From an archaeon GW2011_AR5 (GTDB lineage Archaea; Aenigmatarchaeota; Aenigmatarchaeia; GW2011-AR5): a DNA stretch of 64,000 bases. The stretch is taken from the NCBI GenBank assembly GCA_000806115.1, contig JWKQ01000002.1:52497-116496 (forward strand), in the 5' to 3' direction. The notes beneath the pieces were generated by a model that was given only the letters and a program-made list of their open reading frames with translations, was not told the origin of the DNA and ran no database searches. The translations under genes were made by a program, and so were the position numbers. Shown in pieces: positions 37,545-47,928 of the stretch (positions within the stretch are counted from its first letter, which is position 1; every line of letters starts with the position of its first letter).

Positions 37545-38629
37545 CGCATCGCCGCCTTGACGCATTGTGCTATTCTTCCAAGATCATCTTCCGTCACTCT
37601 TGGATGAATCGGGAGGCTCAAAACTTCTTCAGAAAGCCTTTCAGAAACCGGAAGCAAGTCTTTGTAGCCGAGATTCAAGTAAAGTTCCTGCATGTGTATG
37701 GGTTTCGGGTAATATATTCCGTATCCTATATTGTTATTTTTCAGCTCGTTGATAACTTTTTGCCTTTTGCCTTCTGAAACCTTTATTGTGTACTGGTGAA
37801 AGACGTGTTTCCTGCCCGGCATAACGGCAGGCAATTCTATGCCTTCGGCGTCAGACAGCAATTCAGACAGAACAGCGGCATTTCTTATTCTTGCCGCATT
37901 GAAGCCGTTGATTTTCATGAGCTGCGCGCTGCCTATGGCAGCCTGCATCTCTGTCATTCTGAAATTGTACCCGAGAATCTTGTTGTCGTACGCGACGGTT
38001 GAGCCGTGGTTTATTATTTTTCTCGCCTCTTCTGCAACAGCATCGTCGCCTGTCGTGATCATCCCGCCCTCTCCTGTAGTCATGTTTTTCGTGGCGTAGA
38101 AAGAGAAGCATCCCGTTCCGAAGGAACCTGCATGCTTCCCGGAGAACTCCGCGCCGTGGGCCTGGCAGGCGTCTTCTATCAGAACCAGGCCGTGTTCTTC
38201 GCATATATTTTCCAGTCTTTTCATGTCGCACATCTGTCCGTACAAGTGCACCGCTACAATAGCTTTGGTATTGCCTGTTATTTTCTTCTCCACATCATCA
38301 AGGTTGATGCAAAAGTCGTCGTAATTGACATCGACAAAGACGGGCTTTGCGCCTGCGTGAAGTATGCTGTTAGCGCTCGCTGCGAACGAGAAAGAAGGCG
38401 ATATAACCTCGCCGTTCGTGATGCCGTTGGCAAGCAGGGTCGTGTGCAAAGCCGTTGTCCCGTTGCTGGTGGCTATAGAATGTGATACGCCGCAGAATTC
38501 GGAGAACGCTTCCTCAAAATTTTTTGTCTCTTCGCCGCGGGCAAGGGTGCCGCTTTTCAGGACGCGTACGACTGCATTAACTTCTTCCTGTTCTATAATA
38601 GGATCTGATATCTTTATCATGGTAGCCAT
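37541..38629 (-). CDS. DegT/DnrJ/EryC1/StrS PLP sugar aminotransferase
   Basis: NGTTALH, EDACQAHG, SFYATKNMTTGEGG, GYNFRM. Confidence 0.94.
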   Translation of the reverse strand: MATMIKISDPIIEQEEVNAVVRVLKSGTLARGEETKNFEEAFSEFCGVSHSIATSNGTTALHTTLLANGITNGEVISPSFSFAASANSILHAGAKPVFVDVNYDDFCINLDDVEKKITGNTKAIVAVHLYGQMCDMKRLENICEEHGLVLIEDACQAHGAEFSGKHAGSFGTGCFSFYATKNMTTGEGGMITTGDDAVAEEARKIINHGSTVAYDNKILGYNFRMTEMQAAIGSAQLMKINGFNAARIRNAAVLSELLSDAEGIELPAVMPGRKHVFHQYTIKVSEGKRQKVINELKNNNIGYGIYYPKPIHMQELYLNLGYKDLLPVSERLSEEVLSLPIHPRVTEDDLGRIAQCVKAAMR

Positions 38630-38735
38630 TTAACAAGAAACGTTTTAATCGGCTTTGTCTTTTATAGCTATTGGTACGGACGCCGAATTTATGGCGTTGC
38701 AAGAAAGATTCTTTGGTTTTGCTGCATTCAAGTTT

Positions 38736-38767
38736 GTCAAGGACCACCGTCCAAAGACGGTGGCTTG
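38736..38767 (+). mobile_element. Possible orphan IS200/IS605-type end hairpin
   Basis: GTCAAGGA-CCACCGTC-CAAA-GACGGTGG-CTTG. Confidence 0.45.
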
Positions 38768-38860
38768 CTGAAATTTATGAATCCTTGAGCAATTCGCATT
38801 CACTGCTTTTGAACCACTGTTTGAAAAACAGTGGAATGTGAAGTTTCATTTGCTCTGCAT

Positions 38861-39835
38861 TTAGACGCTCTGCGTCTTCCTGTCAAGCATTCTTTCCGCT
38901 GCGGTTCTTACAGCTTCCTCTGAGGTGTACCTGGTCGCCCATCCGAGTTTCTTTAGCTTGGCAGTATCGAGAAGGAATCTTGTGATGTCACCGGGCCACC
39001 CGCCGGAATTGCCTGTGTACTTTATTTCCGGTGTCAGGCCCATTTCTTCCGTGACTATCTCGGCTATCCTGTCCACCGTTATCGCGTCGGTTGTGCTCAG
39101 GTTGAAAATATTGACATCGTCATGTGCATGCTCGAGGGCGAAAAGTATGCCAGAAACGCAGTCGTCCACAAGCATGTAGGATTTGCTCTGTTTTCCGTCG
39201 CCCAATATTTCCAGTTCCGAGGGATTTTGCCTGAGCTTGTAAATGAAATCCGATATGACTGTCCTTCCTTTTTTCCTGCTCTTGTCGCCCACTATGTTTG
39301 CAAACCTGAAAATCCATCCCTTCATGCCGAACATGCTGCTATACGCGGAGATTAGTCCCTCGCAAGCCACTTTGCTCGCGCCGTAGAGCGACGTAGGCTT
39401 CAACGGCCCGTAATCCTCCGGTGTTGGCATTTTGCCGGCCTTTCCGTAGACTACGGACGACGAAGAAAAGACTATCTTTCTTACGTTGTTTTTTTGCATC
39501 GCATCGAGAACCCTGTATGTTGCTATTGTGTTCTGCTCGAGGTCCTTGTCTGTCCTTTCGCCGGGGATGAATTTGATGTCTGGATTCGCTGCCAGGTGGA
39601 ATACTATGTCCTTGCCTTTCGTCGCCGTGTCAAGAACATCTTTATCAAGCACATCGCCCTCAATCAGCGTAAATGATGGATTACCCATGAACTCTTCTAT
39701 GTGCTCCGATTTGCCGCTGCTGAAATTGTCCAGGACAGTCACATGAAACTTTTTCATAAGCTCCTTAACAAGTTCTGACCCAATGCATCCGGCCCCCCCT
39801 GTAACCAGAACGGAAAGATTATTTTGGCTGTTCAT
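38861..39835 (-). CDS. UDP-glucose 4-epimerase-like SDR
   Basis: VTGGAGCIGS, HLAANPD, YGASK, RFANIVG, GWPGD. Confidence 0.9.
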   Translation of the reverse strand: MNSQNNLSVLVTGGAGCIGSELVKELMKKFHVTVLDNFSSGKSEHIEEFMGNPSFTLIEGDVLDKDVLDTATKGKDIVFHLAANPDIKFIPGERTDKDLEQNTIATYRVLDAMQKNNVRKIVFSSSSVVYGKAGKMPTPEDYGPLKPTSLYGASKVACEGLISAYSSMFGMKGWIFRFANIVGDKSRKKGRTVISDFIYKLRQNPSELEILGDGKQSKSYMLVDDCVSGILFALEHAHDDVNIFNLSTTDAITVDRIAEIVTEEMGLTPEIKYTGNSGGWPGDITRFLLDTAKLKKLGWATRYTSEEAVRTAAERMLDRKTQSV

Positions 39836-39877
39836 ACAAGTTCACTAGGAACATAATACTCTTAAAACCACTTCATA

Positions 39878-39914
39878 GAACCCGGAATTCATGTATGAAT
39901 TCTTTTCTGGGTTC
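39878..39914 (+). repeat. Family 1 repeat, first hairpin only
   Basis: GAACCCGGA...TGAATTCTTTTCTGGGTTC. Confidence 0.6.
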
Positions 39915-39917
39915 ATA

Positions 39918-41405
39918 CTATCCGGCGCATTTGTAAATGTCGAGGATTTTTACCGGCTTGTTTATAGTTGCCGAGACAGTGCAATTGTTTCTTGATGCAT
40001 ATTCAATAATATTTCCTCTCTCAAATCTTTCTTCTATGCTGCCATCAATGGCACAGTCTGCAGTCTCGTTGAACCGCTTGAAGTTCTGGTAGTAATAGCT
40101 TTCCAGCATGAAACGGTAATAGTTTCCCGCGTATACTGAGGTGCAATTTTCCCTGAGATAGGCTATTGTCTCTGTCATTCCCTCGGACGCCTTAGCTTCT
40201 GTGTCGAGCATGCCAAGCGGTTCCCAGAGCTGGTTATGGTACAGAACGTACGAAGGTGCGGCAAGCAGTGCCTGCACGAAGAGGGTTAATGATATGACGG
40301 CGATGAACATTGCCTGGCGTCTTTTCAGCAGACTGGCAGATCTCGCTGCGAGTATTCCCAAGAACGGGACCGCACCAGTTATATGACGATATGTTATATT
40401 TGTCAGCTGGAATGAGAGAAGAACAAGAAATACGATTGCAAACATAGCAATGAATTTGTCCTGTCTTGTTGGTTTTTTCGCCATACAGTATACGCTAAGC
40501 GCGAGCAGGAACAGGACAAGTATACTCTCCTTTGCAAGGAAAAGAAGGAGGTAGTTTATTGCAGGAAGCTTTAGGAGGATAGGGTACTCAACGTTCTCGA
40601 ACACGCTGGTGAATACTCTGCGTGAGAAGGACAGCAGGATTATTGGTACATCACCAGATATCTGCTGGCTTCTTATCTCATTGCCGTACTGTACAGATAT
40701 TGTTGCGTCAGTATGCAGCCTTGAGAAACCGAAGGGCCAGGCAGCAAGGAAAATGATAATCGCAAGCACGAATGATTTTAGTATCCAGTTGTCAATTCCG
40801 AGGTTGAAGCCGCGTCTGATAGAAAGCCTTATCCGCTTCTCATAAAGCGCATAGACAATTATGAATATGAATAGTATGATTGAGATGAATTTCGTGGCTA
40901 ATGCAAGCCCAAGAAAAATTCCGAGCCATGCAAAAGAATACTTTTTCTTCTCATGGACAGCCTGCCATGTAAAGAATGCCGCCATCACATAGAAGAAGCT
41001 AAGCATGGTTTCCTGCTGCACATATCTGCTGAATTGTATATGTATTATTGAGAATGCGGTTATTGCTGATGCAAAAAGTGCGGTATTTTCACCGTAAAGC
41101 TTTCTTGAAAGCAGGAACACAGCAAGTACTGTCAATATACCAAACACTGCTGAGACGATCCTCATGCTGGATTCTGTGTCATTTATCATGACAGCTGCGC
41201 CGAAAATATATTTCGCCAGCGGCGGTGTGTCAAAAATGTAGTAATTATTTACGAAATTTCCGCTTGCATACTCGTCAGAAGCCTGTTTCATCTCGACTTC
41301 GCTGTAGCTGTAAGTTTCCCATGAGAGATCCTGTACCCTGAGAAATGTGGCAAGAACAACAACAATAACAAGCGTGAGTAAAACCGTTTTTTGCGACATT
41401 GCCAT
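39918..41405 (-). CDS. GT-C membrane glycosyltransferase (PMT/ArnT-like)
   Basis: PPLAKY, RIVSAVFG, GLALATK; multiple TM segments. Confidence 0.85.
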   Translation of the reverse strand: MAMSQKTVLLTLVIVVVLATFLRVQDLSWETYSYSEVEMKQASDEYASGNFVNNYYIFDTPPLAKYIFGAAVMINDTESSMRIVSAVFGILTVLAVFLLSRKLYGENTALFASAITAFSIIHIQFSRYVQQETMLSFFYVMAAFFTWQAVHEKKKYSFAWLGIFLGLALATKFISIILFIFIIVYALYEKRIRLSIRRGFNLGIDNWILKSFVLAIIIFLAAWPFGFSRLHTDATISVQYGNEIRSQQISGDVPIILLSFSRRVFTSVFENVEYPILLKLPAINYLLLFLAKESILVLFLLALSVYCMAKKPTRQDKFIAMFAIVFLVLLSFQLTNITYRHITGAVPFLGILAARSASLLKRRQAMFIAVISLTLFVQALLAAPSYVLYHNQLWEPLGMLDTEAKASEGMTETIAYLRENCTSVYAGNYYRFMLESYYYQNFKRFNETADCAIDGSIEERFERGNIIEYASRNNCTVSATINKPVKILDIYKCAG

Positions 41406-41437
41406 TGTAATTTAGTCGATGCTATGATTAAATATCT

Positions 41438-42124
41438 TCATGCGAGTGCCAGTTTAATTCGGAGGTGTATGAGTTGGAAGAACATCCTGATCGGGTCGAA
41501 GAACTTGATTTTTGTGCCCTCCCGATGTTCCCATTTTATCGACATTTCTTTTAATGAATATTTCTTGTGCCTTATCCTGTAAAATATCTCGACGTCGAAT
41601 ATCCATCTGTTTGACACCATGTTCTTGAAAAGTTCCTTTGCCGCAGATTTCCTAAATCCTTTGAAGCCGCAAAGGTTATCCTTGACATGTATTCTGAAGA
41701 TAAAGTTCGCCCAGAAGTTGAATAGCTTTCCCGTCGTCTGCCGCAAAAGCGGCTGATCAACATTTGACTCATAGTTTGTTCTGTCGCCGACTACCACATC
41801 GAATTGGTCGAGCAACGGGAGCATTTTTTTAATCTCCATTGGGCTTGTTGATCCGTCCGCGTCTATGAAGATTATCTTTTCGCCGGTTGCAGCAAGCATT
41901 CCTTTCTTGATTGCGAACCCTTTGCCCATGTTCTTTTTGTAGGTTATTATACGAGCTTTCCGGAAACTTTTCAAAATATCAAGTGTTCTGTCAGTGGAGC
42001 CGTCATTCACAAAAATTACTTCGTAATCCTTGAGTGTTCTCGTCAGATTTGAAAGCTCACCAAGAAACGGTTCTATGCGGCTCTGCTCATTGTATACTGG
42101 CACCACAATCGATAGCTTTGTCAT
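41438..42124 (-). CDS. Dolichyl-phosphate glycosyltransferase (GT2)
   Basis: VPVYNE, DGSTD, GKGFA, DAD, CGFK, FDVE. Confidence 0.9.
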   Translation of the reverse strand: MTKLSIVVPVYNEQSRIEPFLGELSNLTRTLKDYEVIFVNDGSTDRTLDILKSFRKARIITYKKNMGKGFAIKKGMLAATGEKIIFIDADGSTSPMEIKKMLPLLDQFDVVVGDRTNYESNVDQPLLRQTTGKLFNFWANFIFRIHVKDNLCGFKGFRKSAAKELFKNMVSNRWIFDVEIFYRIRHKKYSLKEMSIKWEHREGTKIKFFDPIRMFFQLIHLRIKLALA

Positions 42125-42184
42125 CTGATTTGATTTCGAATCTAGACTTTATAAAGAGTTTAAAAAGCACAATGTATCAGGTGG

Positions 42185-43654
42185 TTACGCCAGCATCTTG
42201 TCTCTGATTTTCCTCTCTATAGGAAAGTGATAGAAGTTGTGCTTGAATCTGAACTTTGCTATCGGATTGTAGATGTCGAACAGAACTTTTCCGCGTCGTG
42301 TGCTTATCTTGTATTTGACATTCTTATTCATGAAGTAGGATGTAAAATTGATGTTGTCTATTATCTTGAGTCGCTTCTTGTCGAGCCAGGTGGGGGAGTT
42401 CTTCGTCCATCCGTCAAAATCGAAGTTTGCCCATTCATTAAGGCTTGTTGGCTGCTTGAATCCTCCTTGTATAGAGAGATCCCACGCCTCCGTTCCAAGA
42501 TAAGGGCAGAAGGTGAAGAACAAACAGTACGCGTTCTTGTTCTCCTTCATAAGCTGGAGCGCAAGCTCCTTGCTCATGCGTATGTCCTCCTCTGTCTCTG
42601 TTGGATAGCCAAGTATAAACGTGAACTTTGAGACAATATTCAGCTTCGCAAGAATCCTGTTCGCCTTGACAAAATCCTCGACCTCCTCATCCTTTTTCAT
42701 CAACTTTATCATTCTTGGCGAGCCTGACTCAATGCCGACATCAATGTTCTTGCATCCGCTCTTCACAAGCAGCTGCTGGTATTCCTCGTCCATCCTGCAT
42801 ATAGCATCGGCGCGTATTCCTAGTGTGCCCCATGCGAAGTCATCAAACTCGTTGACAATTCCGCGCAGTATTGTTTTCACCCGGTTTGGGTCTGTACCGA
42901 AATTGTCATCTTGGAAGAAGAAATCGCGTATTCCATAAGTGTCTATAATGAATCTTATCTTTTCAAGAACGCGTTCTGCAGAGTAGCATCGCCATGTGTT
43001 CTTATGGACCGCAGGGTCGATGCAGAATGTGCATCGGAACGGGCATCCTCTGCTGGTTGTGAGTATTATCGACTGTCTGCTCCTGAAATCAACTGCATAA
43101 TATTTCTTCATGTCAACAAGATGATACGGCAGGTCCGGAAGCTCGTCTAGATTCTTCAGGTTGGGCCTGCTTTCATTGATTACAACATGTCCGTTTTCCC
43201 TAAAACCAATACCCTTAACGTTCCGCAGATTGCCTTTCCTTTCAAGAGTGTGTACAAGTTCGGCAAAGGTGAGCTCGCCCTCTCCAATAGTTATTATGTC
43301 TATCAACGTGTCTCCAAGAGTCTGGTGCGGCTGCATTGTCGGATGCATTCCACCCCACATAACAGGTATGTCCTTGTTGAAGTCCTTGACAAGCCGCGAT
43401 AGCTCCAGTGAATATTTCAGCTGCGGACCTGTCATTCCAGTCGTCCCGACTACGATAGGATTCAATTTCAGCTGTTTCTCGAGTTTCTCTTTCCAGTCAG
43501 ACTCGACGCGTTGGTCGATTATCGTCACTTTGTAACCTTCTTTCTCTGGGATTGAAGCTATTCCAAGCAATCCTTCGGGTATTCTTGCACCAAGATAATC
43601 CCAGCTCCCGGTGCGAGGTTGCACAAGAACGATATTTCCCGATTCTGACATCAT
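42185..43654 (-). CDS. B12-binding radical SAM protein
   Basis: WGGMHPT, GEGE, SRGCPFRCTFC, GIESGS. Confidence 0.92.
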   Translation of the reverse strand: MMSESGNIVLVQPRTGSWDYLGARIPEGLLGIASIPEKEGYKVTIIDQRVESDWKEKLEKQLKLNPIVVGTTGMTGPQLKYSLELSRLVKDFNKDIPVMWGGMHPTMQPHQTLGDTLIDIITIGEGELTFAELVHTLERKGNLRNVKGIGFRENGHVVINESRPNLKNLDELPDLPYHLVDMKKYYAVDFRSRQSIILTTSRGCPFRCTFCIDPAVHKNTWRCYSAERVLEKIRFIIDTYGIRDFFFQDDNFGTDPNRVKTILRGIVNEFDDFAWGTLGIRADAICRMDEEYQQLLVKSGCKNIDVGIESGSPRMIKLMKKDEEVEDFVKANRILAKLNIVSKFTFILGYPTETEEDIRMSKELALQLMKENKNAYCLFFTFCPYLGTEAWDLSIQGGFKQPTSLNEWANFDFDGWTKNSPTWLDKKRLKIIDNINFTSYFMNKNVKYKISTRRGKVLFDIYNPIAKFRFKHNFYHFPIERKIRDKMLA

Positions 43655-43698
43655 ATCACCAAAACAATGTTATCTATTAGGTTATAGACTATTAAAAT

Positions 43699-45255
43699 TT
43701 AGCTGGTTTGCGAAATTTTGCAAGTTATCCCAACTTTCCTGCTGTTGACTATTGCGAAGAACGGCTCGTCCTCGCATAATTTTGATATGTTTATTATTTT
43801 CTCTTCTTCATACATTGAATAGAATGCAAGGTATTTCACCTGTCTCTCCCGTAAGAATTTCTCGTTGAGCTCCGGCCTGCGGAGGAAACTAGCTTGCCCA
43901 GATGGAGCAAGGTAAAGCGAGATGTCCCTGTCCGACCAAAGTTCGGTGTAAGGATAATCTCTTTCTCTAACTGCATCTATAAGCTGGCTTGTGGCAGATG
44001 AGTTCATTGTTATCAGAAAACTCGTGCCGAAGAGGAAGAATATTGATAATCCCGTAGCTGCCCCGATGAGCAGCTGTCTATTTTTGGGCACAAATATGAA
44101 TACTGTAGCCAGAACGAAGAAGAATGCTACGGAAGTGGGTGAATAATACGGTAGCATGTCGTTAAGGCCAGTTAGGTACGCCAGCAACAGTGCTACGGTT
44201 GCGCCGAATATTATGTATTGCATGTCATTACGCCAAAGTTCGCTTACAAGCTTCGCAGAAAGTATTATTGCTGGTGCGATTCCTATGATCATGAGCCGTT
44301 GAAAATCCTGCCCACTGCTCAAGAAAGCGATGAGAAATGTAATACCCAGCCAGCATGCGAGTATGTAGAAGGGCTTGTCACGCTTCAGTCTGGCAAGGGC
44401 GATAAGCATCAATGCCGCAAAAAACGGTGTCAGCTGCCAGGCGAATGATGACATGTAAAATATCTTTTCATATCCTGTCTCCTGGTATCCGGTACGTGCT
44501 GTCATGAATGACTTGACATAGCTGTCGAAGAAATTGAACTCGTCATTTGAAACGCCTGTGAGAGCCTCATTTATTGGAAATGAAAAATAAATCGCGAGCA
44601 GCGAAAGAACACCTGCCGAAACTATGAAAAGAAAGGATTTGCTGAATTTTACCCTGTCTCTGTGAAGGTAAGCGATGACAAGCAAAGCAGGGAGAATTGC
44701 GAGCGCCGAGAGCTTCGTCAGGAAGCCAAGCACTGTCATGATGACAAAGAGTGACAGATAGATGTTCTTTTTTCCTCTAAGGTATTTCAGGAAGAAGAAT
44801 ACGGATGCGGCAGTTGTCAGCATCAGAAAATTATCGCCGAATGCAATTGATGATGCGTAGAAATGGTATCTCAACAACGCTGCTAAGAGGGCTGCTATGA
44901 CGCCAACCTTCTCCGAATAAAGGTGCCTGCCAATGAGATAGATAAATACTATGGAAAGCAGTCCGAAAATTATCGGCAGAAATATCATAAATGCGTTAAA
45001 TCCGAAAATCGAAGCCCAAAGCGAATAGAGCAGGGTTCTCATCGGGGGGTGGGTGAAGTTGAAGAATAGTCCGTCATCAATGTACGTCATCTCCCCATTA
45101 CTCGTCTCGCTTGTTGAATATACCGCTGCCCTTCCTATCTCTGCAAAATTCCTCGCCGGACCGGCGGTGTCTATTGCGTCGCCTGTGAAATATGTGCCAA
45201 AGAAAGCGGAGCGTATTACCAATGCAAGAATAAGTATCGCGACAAGTTTTTTCAT
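43699..45255 (-). CDS. GT-C membrane glycosyltransferase (PMT/ArnT-like)
   Basis: HPPM, GFLTK; multiple TM segments. Confidence 0.82.
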   Translation of the reverse strand: MKKLVAILILALVIRSAFFGTYFTGDAIDTAGPARNFAEIGRAAVYSTSETSNGEMTYIDDGLFFNFTHPPMRTLLYSLWASIFGFNAFMIFLPIIFGLLSIVFIYLIGRHLYSEKVGVIAALLAALLRYHFYASSIAFGDNFLMLTTAASVFFFLKYLRGKKNIYLSLFVIMTVLGFLTKLSALAILPALLVIAYLHRDRVKFSKSFLFIVSAGVLSLLAIYFSFPINEALTGVSNDEFNFFDSYVKSFMTARTGYQETGYEKIFYMSSFAWQLTPFFAALMLIALARLKRDKPFYILACWLGITFLIAFLSSGQDFQRLMIIGIAPAIILSAKLVSELWRNDMQYIIFGATVALLLAYLTGLNDMLPYYSPTSVAFFFVLATVFIFVPKNRQLLIGAATGLSIFFLFGTSFLITMNSSATSQLIDAVRERDYPYTELWSDRDISLYLAPSGQASFLRRPELNEKFLRERQVKYLAFYSMYEEEKIINISKLCEDEPFFAIVNSRKVGITCKISQTS

Positions 45256-45965
45256 CTCGTCACCCGCCATTTAGCGATCTTTGCAAGCAGCTTGATGTGG
45301 TTCTTTATCTCCTTTGTATTGCTCAATTTAGACTCGCCGTATATCCGTGTTGTCAGCGTCACCGGGACTTCGATGACATTTCTCCCTTTCTTTATCATGT
45401 CAAAGAGGATTTCTGCGCATATGTCGAATCCCCTGCTTTTCATGCTTATCCCCTTCAATGCATCGCGCCGATAAAGCCTGAATATTGAACTCATTGCAGT
45501 GATGTTCCTTCCGAGAAGCGTACTGTAAAGAGTATTTACTGACTTGCTTAGGAATTTTCGGTACCAGAGAACTTTCGTTCTTCCCCCCTTGCCGAAATGT
45601 GTCCCGATCACGCAGTCGTAATCGCCGCTATTGTATTTGGTTATAAGTTTTGGAATCTCCCTTGGATGAAAGGTGAAGTCTGCGTCCAGGAAAATTATCA
45701 GGGTGCCTTTTGCGCTCTTCACGCCCGTCCTTGTGCCCGCTCCAAGTCCCATGTTTCGCGGATGCTGAACCATGCGCACATACCTGTATTTTTTCTGAAG
45801 CTTCCTTACTTCATCAGCAGTGCCGTCCGTTGAACCGTCGTCAATAACCAGGATTTCATAGCGCATACCGACGCCTTTCAGGACGGGTATCAGCTCTTTT
45901 TCAATGCGCCTGATGTTCTGCTCCTCATTGCACGCGGGAATGACGACGGTAAGCGACTCTGGCAT
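45252..45965 (-). CDS. Polyprenol-phosphate glycosyltransferase (GT2)
   Basis: IPACNE, DDGSTD, DAD, R..GESK. Confidence 0.9.
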   Translation of the reverse strand: MPESLTVVIPACNEEQNIRRIEKELIPVLKGVGMRYEILVIDDGSTDGTADEVRKLQKKYRYVRMVQHPRNMGLGAGTRTGVKSAKGTLIIFLDADFTFHPREIPKLITKYNSGDYDCVIGTHFGKGGRTKVLWYRKFLSKSVNTLYSTLLGRNITAMSSIFRLYRRDALKGISMKSRGFDICAEILFDMIKKGRNVIEVPVTLTTRIYGESKLSNTKEIKNHIKLLAKIAKWRVTR

Positions 45966-45969
45966 GATC

Positions 45970-47256
45970 TCACCAGTCGTATTTGAATATTGGAAAGCCC
46001 TTGCACAGTTCTAATATATCCGACTTAACCCTTTCTTTTGTTGCGGCGTCGTTTGCGTGTTCGATTGCTTTAGAAATAAAGCCCGCTATATCCTTCATCT
46101 CGCTCTCCCTCATGCCTCTTGTTGTCAGTGCGGGAGTACCAAGCCTTATCCCGCTCGGATCATAAGGCTTTCTTGTGTCAAACGGTATAGTATTTTTGTT
46201 CACAGTTATGCAAACGTCTTCCAGCGCCTTCTCGGCTTCTCTTCCTGTTATGTTCTTGTTCTGGAGGTCGATGAGCATCAGGTGGTTGTCAGTCCCGTCA
46301 GTCACGAGCTTGAACCCGTGAGCCATGAGGGATTCCGCCAGCGTCTTTGCATTTTTAAGTATCTGCTGGGCATACCGTTTGAATCCCGGCTGCATGGCTT
46401 CGTGAAGGGCAACTGCAATTCCTGCTGTTGTATGATTATGAGGGCCGCCTTGAAGTCCGGGGAATATTGCCCTGTCAATTAGTGTGGGCAGATTTTCCCT
46501 CGGGTTAGCGCCGTCAGGAAGCGGTTTCAAAGGTTCTGACGGATTTCCGTTGCACATTATCATGCCGCCTCTAGGTCCTCGAAGCGTCTTGTGTGTAGTG
46601 GTTGTTATAACATCTGCGTGTCCTGCAGGTGATGGAACTACCTTGGCAGCAATCAATCCGGCCTCATGTGCGATGTCCGCGACGAAGTAAGAGTCTATGC
46701 TGTGCGCTATCTCGCCTAGCCGCTTGTAATCATAAATCCTCGGGTATGCTGTCGCTCCGCAGAATATCAGCTTTGGCCTTTCCTGTTTCGCCTGCGCTTC
46801 GAGCGCGTCGTAGTCTATCGTACCGTCTTGCCCTGTCTTGTAATTTACAGCATTATAAAATCTGCCAGAAAAATTCACATTCCAGCCGTGAGTAAGATGC
46901 CCGCCGAAAAACAGATGAAGTCCCATTACCTTGTCGCCCTGGTTGAGAAGCGCAAAGTATACCGCCTGATTTGCCGGACTGCCTGAGAGCGGCTGGACGT
47001 TTGCATGGCTCACGCCGAAAAGTTTTTTCGCGCGGTCAACGGCGAGCGATTCAATCTCGTCAATGAACTGGTTGCCTCCGTAATACCTTTTTCCCGGATA
47101 GCCTTCGGAATACTTGTTAGTAAGTATCGAGCCCATGGCTGCCAGAACAGAATCGCTTACATAATTCTCGGAAGGAATCATTTCAAGTCCGTTCTTCTGT
47201 CTGTTTGCCTCTTTTTGCATTGAAGTGTAAATTTCGGGGTCGGATTGCTCGAGCAT
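45970..47256 (-). CDS. glyA: Serine hydroxymethyltransferase (bacterial-like, THF-dependent)
   Basis: SENY, NKYSEGYPGKRYYGG, GGHLTHG, TTTHKTLRGPRGG, SGIRLGTPA. Confidence 0.96.
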   Translation of the reverse strand: MLEQSDPEIYTSMQKEANRQKNGLEMIPSENYVSDSVLAAMGSILTNKYSEGYPGKRYYGGNQFIDEIESLAVDRAKKLFGVSHANVQPLSGSPANQAVYFALLNQGDKVMGLHLFFGGHLTHGWNVNFSGRFYNAVNYKTGQDGTIDYDALEAQAKQERPKLIFCGATAYPRIYDYKRLGEIAHSIDSYFVADIAHEAGLIAAKVVPSPAGHADVITTTTHKTLRGPRGGMIMCNGNPSEPLKPLPDGANPRENLPTLIDRAIFPGLQGGPHNHTTAGIAVALHEAMQPGFKRYAQQILKNAKTLAESLMAHGFKLVTDGTDNHLMLIDLQNKNITGREAEKALEDVCITVNKNTIPFDTRKPYDPSGIRLGTPALTTRGMRESEMKDIAGFISKAIEHANDAATKERVKSDILELCKGFPIFKYDW

Positions 47257-47308
47257 ATTGCCACCTTCTTTTTTAATTCTATAATCTGTCATTTTTAATA
47301 GGTATATA

Positions 47309-47400
47309 GTGAACCCACAAACATGCCTGAATTCTTTTGTGGGTTCACAGATAGCTCACAAGGGAGTGATATTATCCAGATTATTTCCTTGTAGAGCTAT
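47309..47400 (+). repeat. Family 1 double-hairpin repeat overlapping the 3' end of the cyclo-ligase gene
   Basis: GTGAACCCACAAA/TTTGTGGGTTCAC-AG-ATAGCTCACAAGG...CCTTGTAGAGCTAT. Confidence 0.85.
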
Positions 47401-47928
47401 AATCCGTTCCTCCGTAAGTATCATGTCAACAGGCACGTCATTGCTTTCCGTGTCGATTTTGTCCACTATCTGGAAGTCGAACGCGAGTGCTATTTTCTTG
47501 CCGGCGGTTTTTGCAAGGAACCTGTCAAAATATCCGCCGCCGCGTCCTATGCGGTTGCCGTTTTTGTCAAAAGCCGTGCCCGGAATTATAATCACGTCGA
47601 ATTCATTTTTGGCTGAAACTTCCATCGGCTCCGGAATGCCGAAAGCGCCCGACTTGAGTCCGCTGCTGAATGTCCCTGGCACGATGTCGCCGTCCCTGAT
47701 GACAGGACAGTAGACATTCTTTCCCAGTTTTACGGATTCGCGAATCACTTCCGACGTATCGACTTCGTGCATGTCTGACAGGTAAATGAATATGTCGCCG
47801 GCAGTCTGAAAGTCCTCGAGCAAAATGAGCCTTTCCTTTATGATTCCGCTCTTTATTTTCATGTTGGTATGGGATTTTAACTCTTCGGATTTCTGTTTTC
47901 TGACTGTTCTTTTGTCCGTGTGTATCAC
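47356..47928 (-). CDS. 5-formyltetrahydrofolate cyclo-ligase
   Basis: EVDT, FGIPEP, PGTAFD..GNRIGRGGGYFDRFL, DVPVD.I.TE. Confidence 0.93.
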   Translation of the reverse strand: MIHTDKRTVRKQKSEELKSHTNMKIKSGIIKERLILLEDFQTAGDIFIYLSDMHEVDTSEVIRESVKLGKNVYCPVIRDGDIVPGTFSSGLKSGAFGIPEPMEVSAKNEFDVIIIPGTAFDKNGNRIGRGGGYFDRFLAKTAGKKIALAFDFQIVDKIDTESNDVPVDMILTEERIIALQGNNLDNITPL

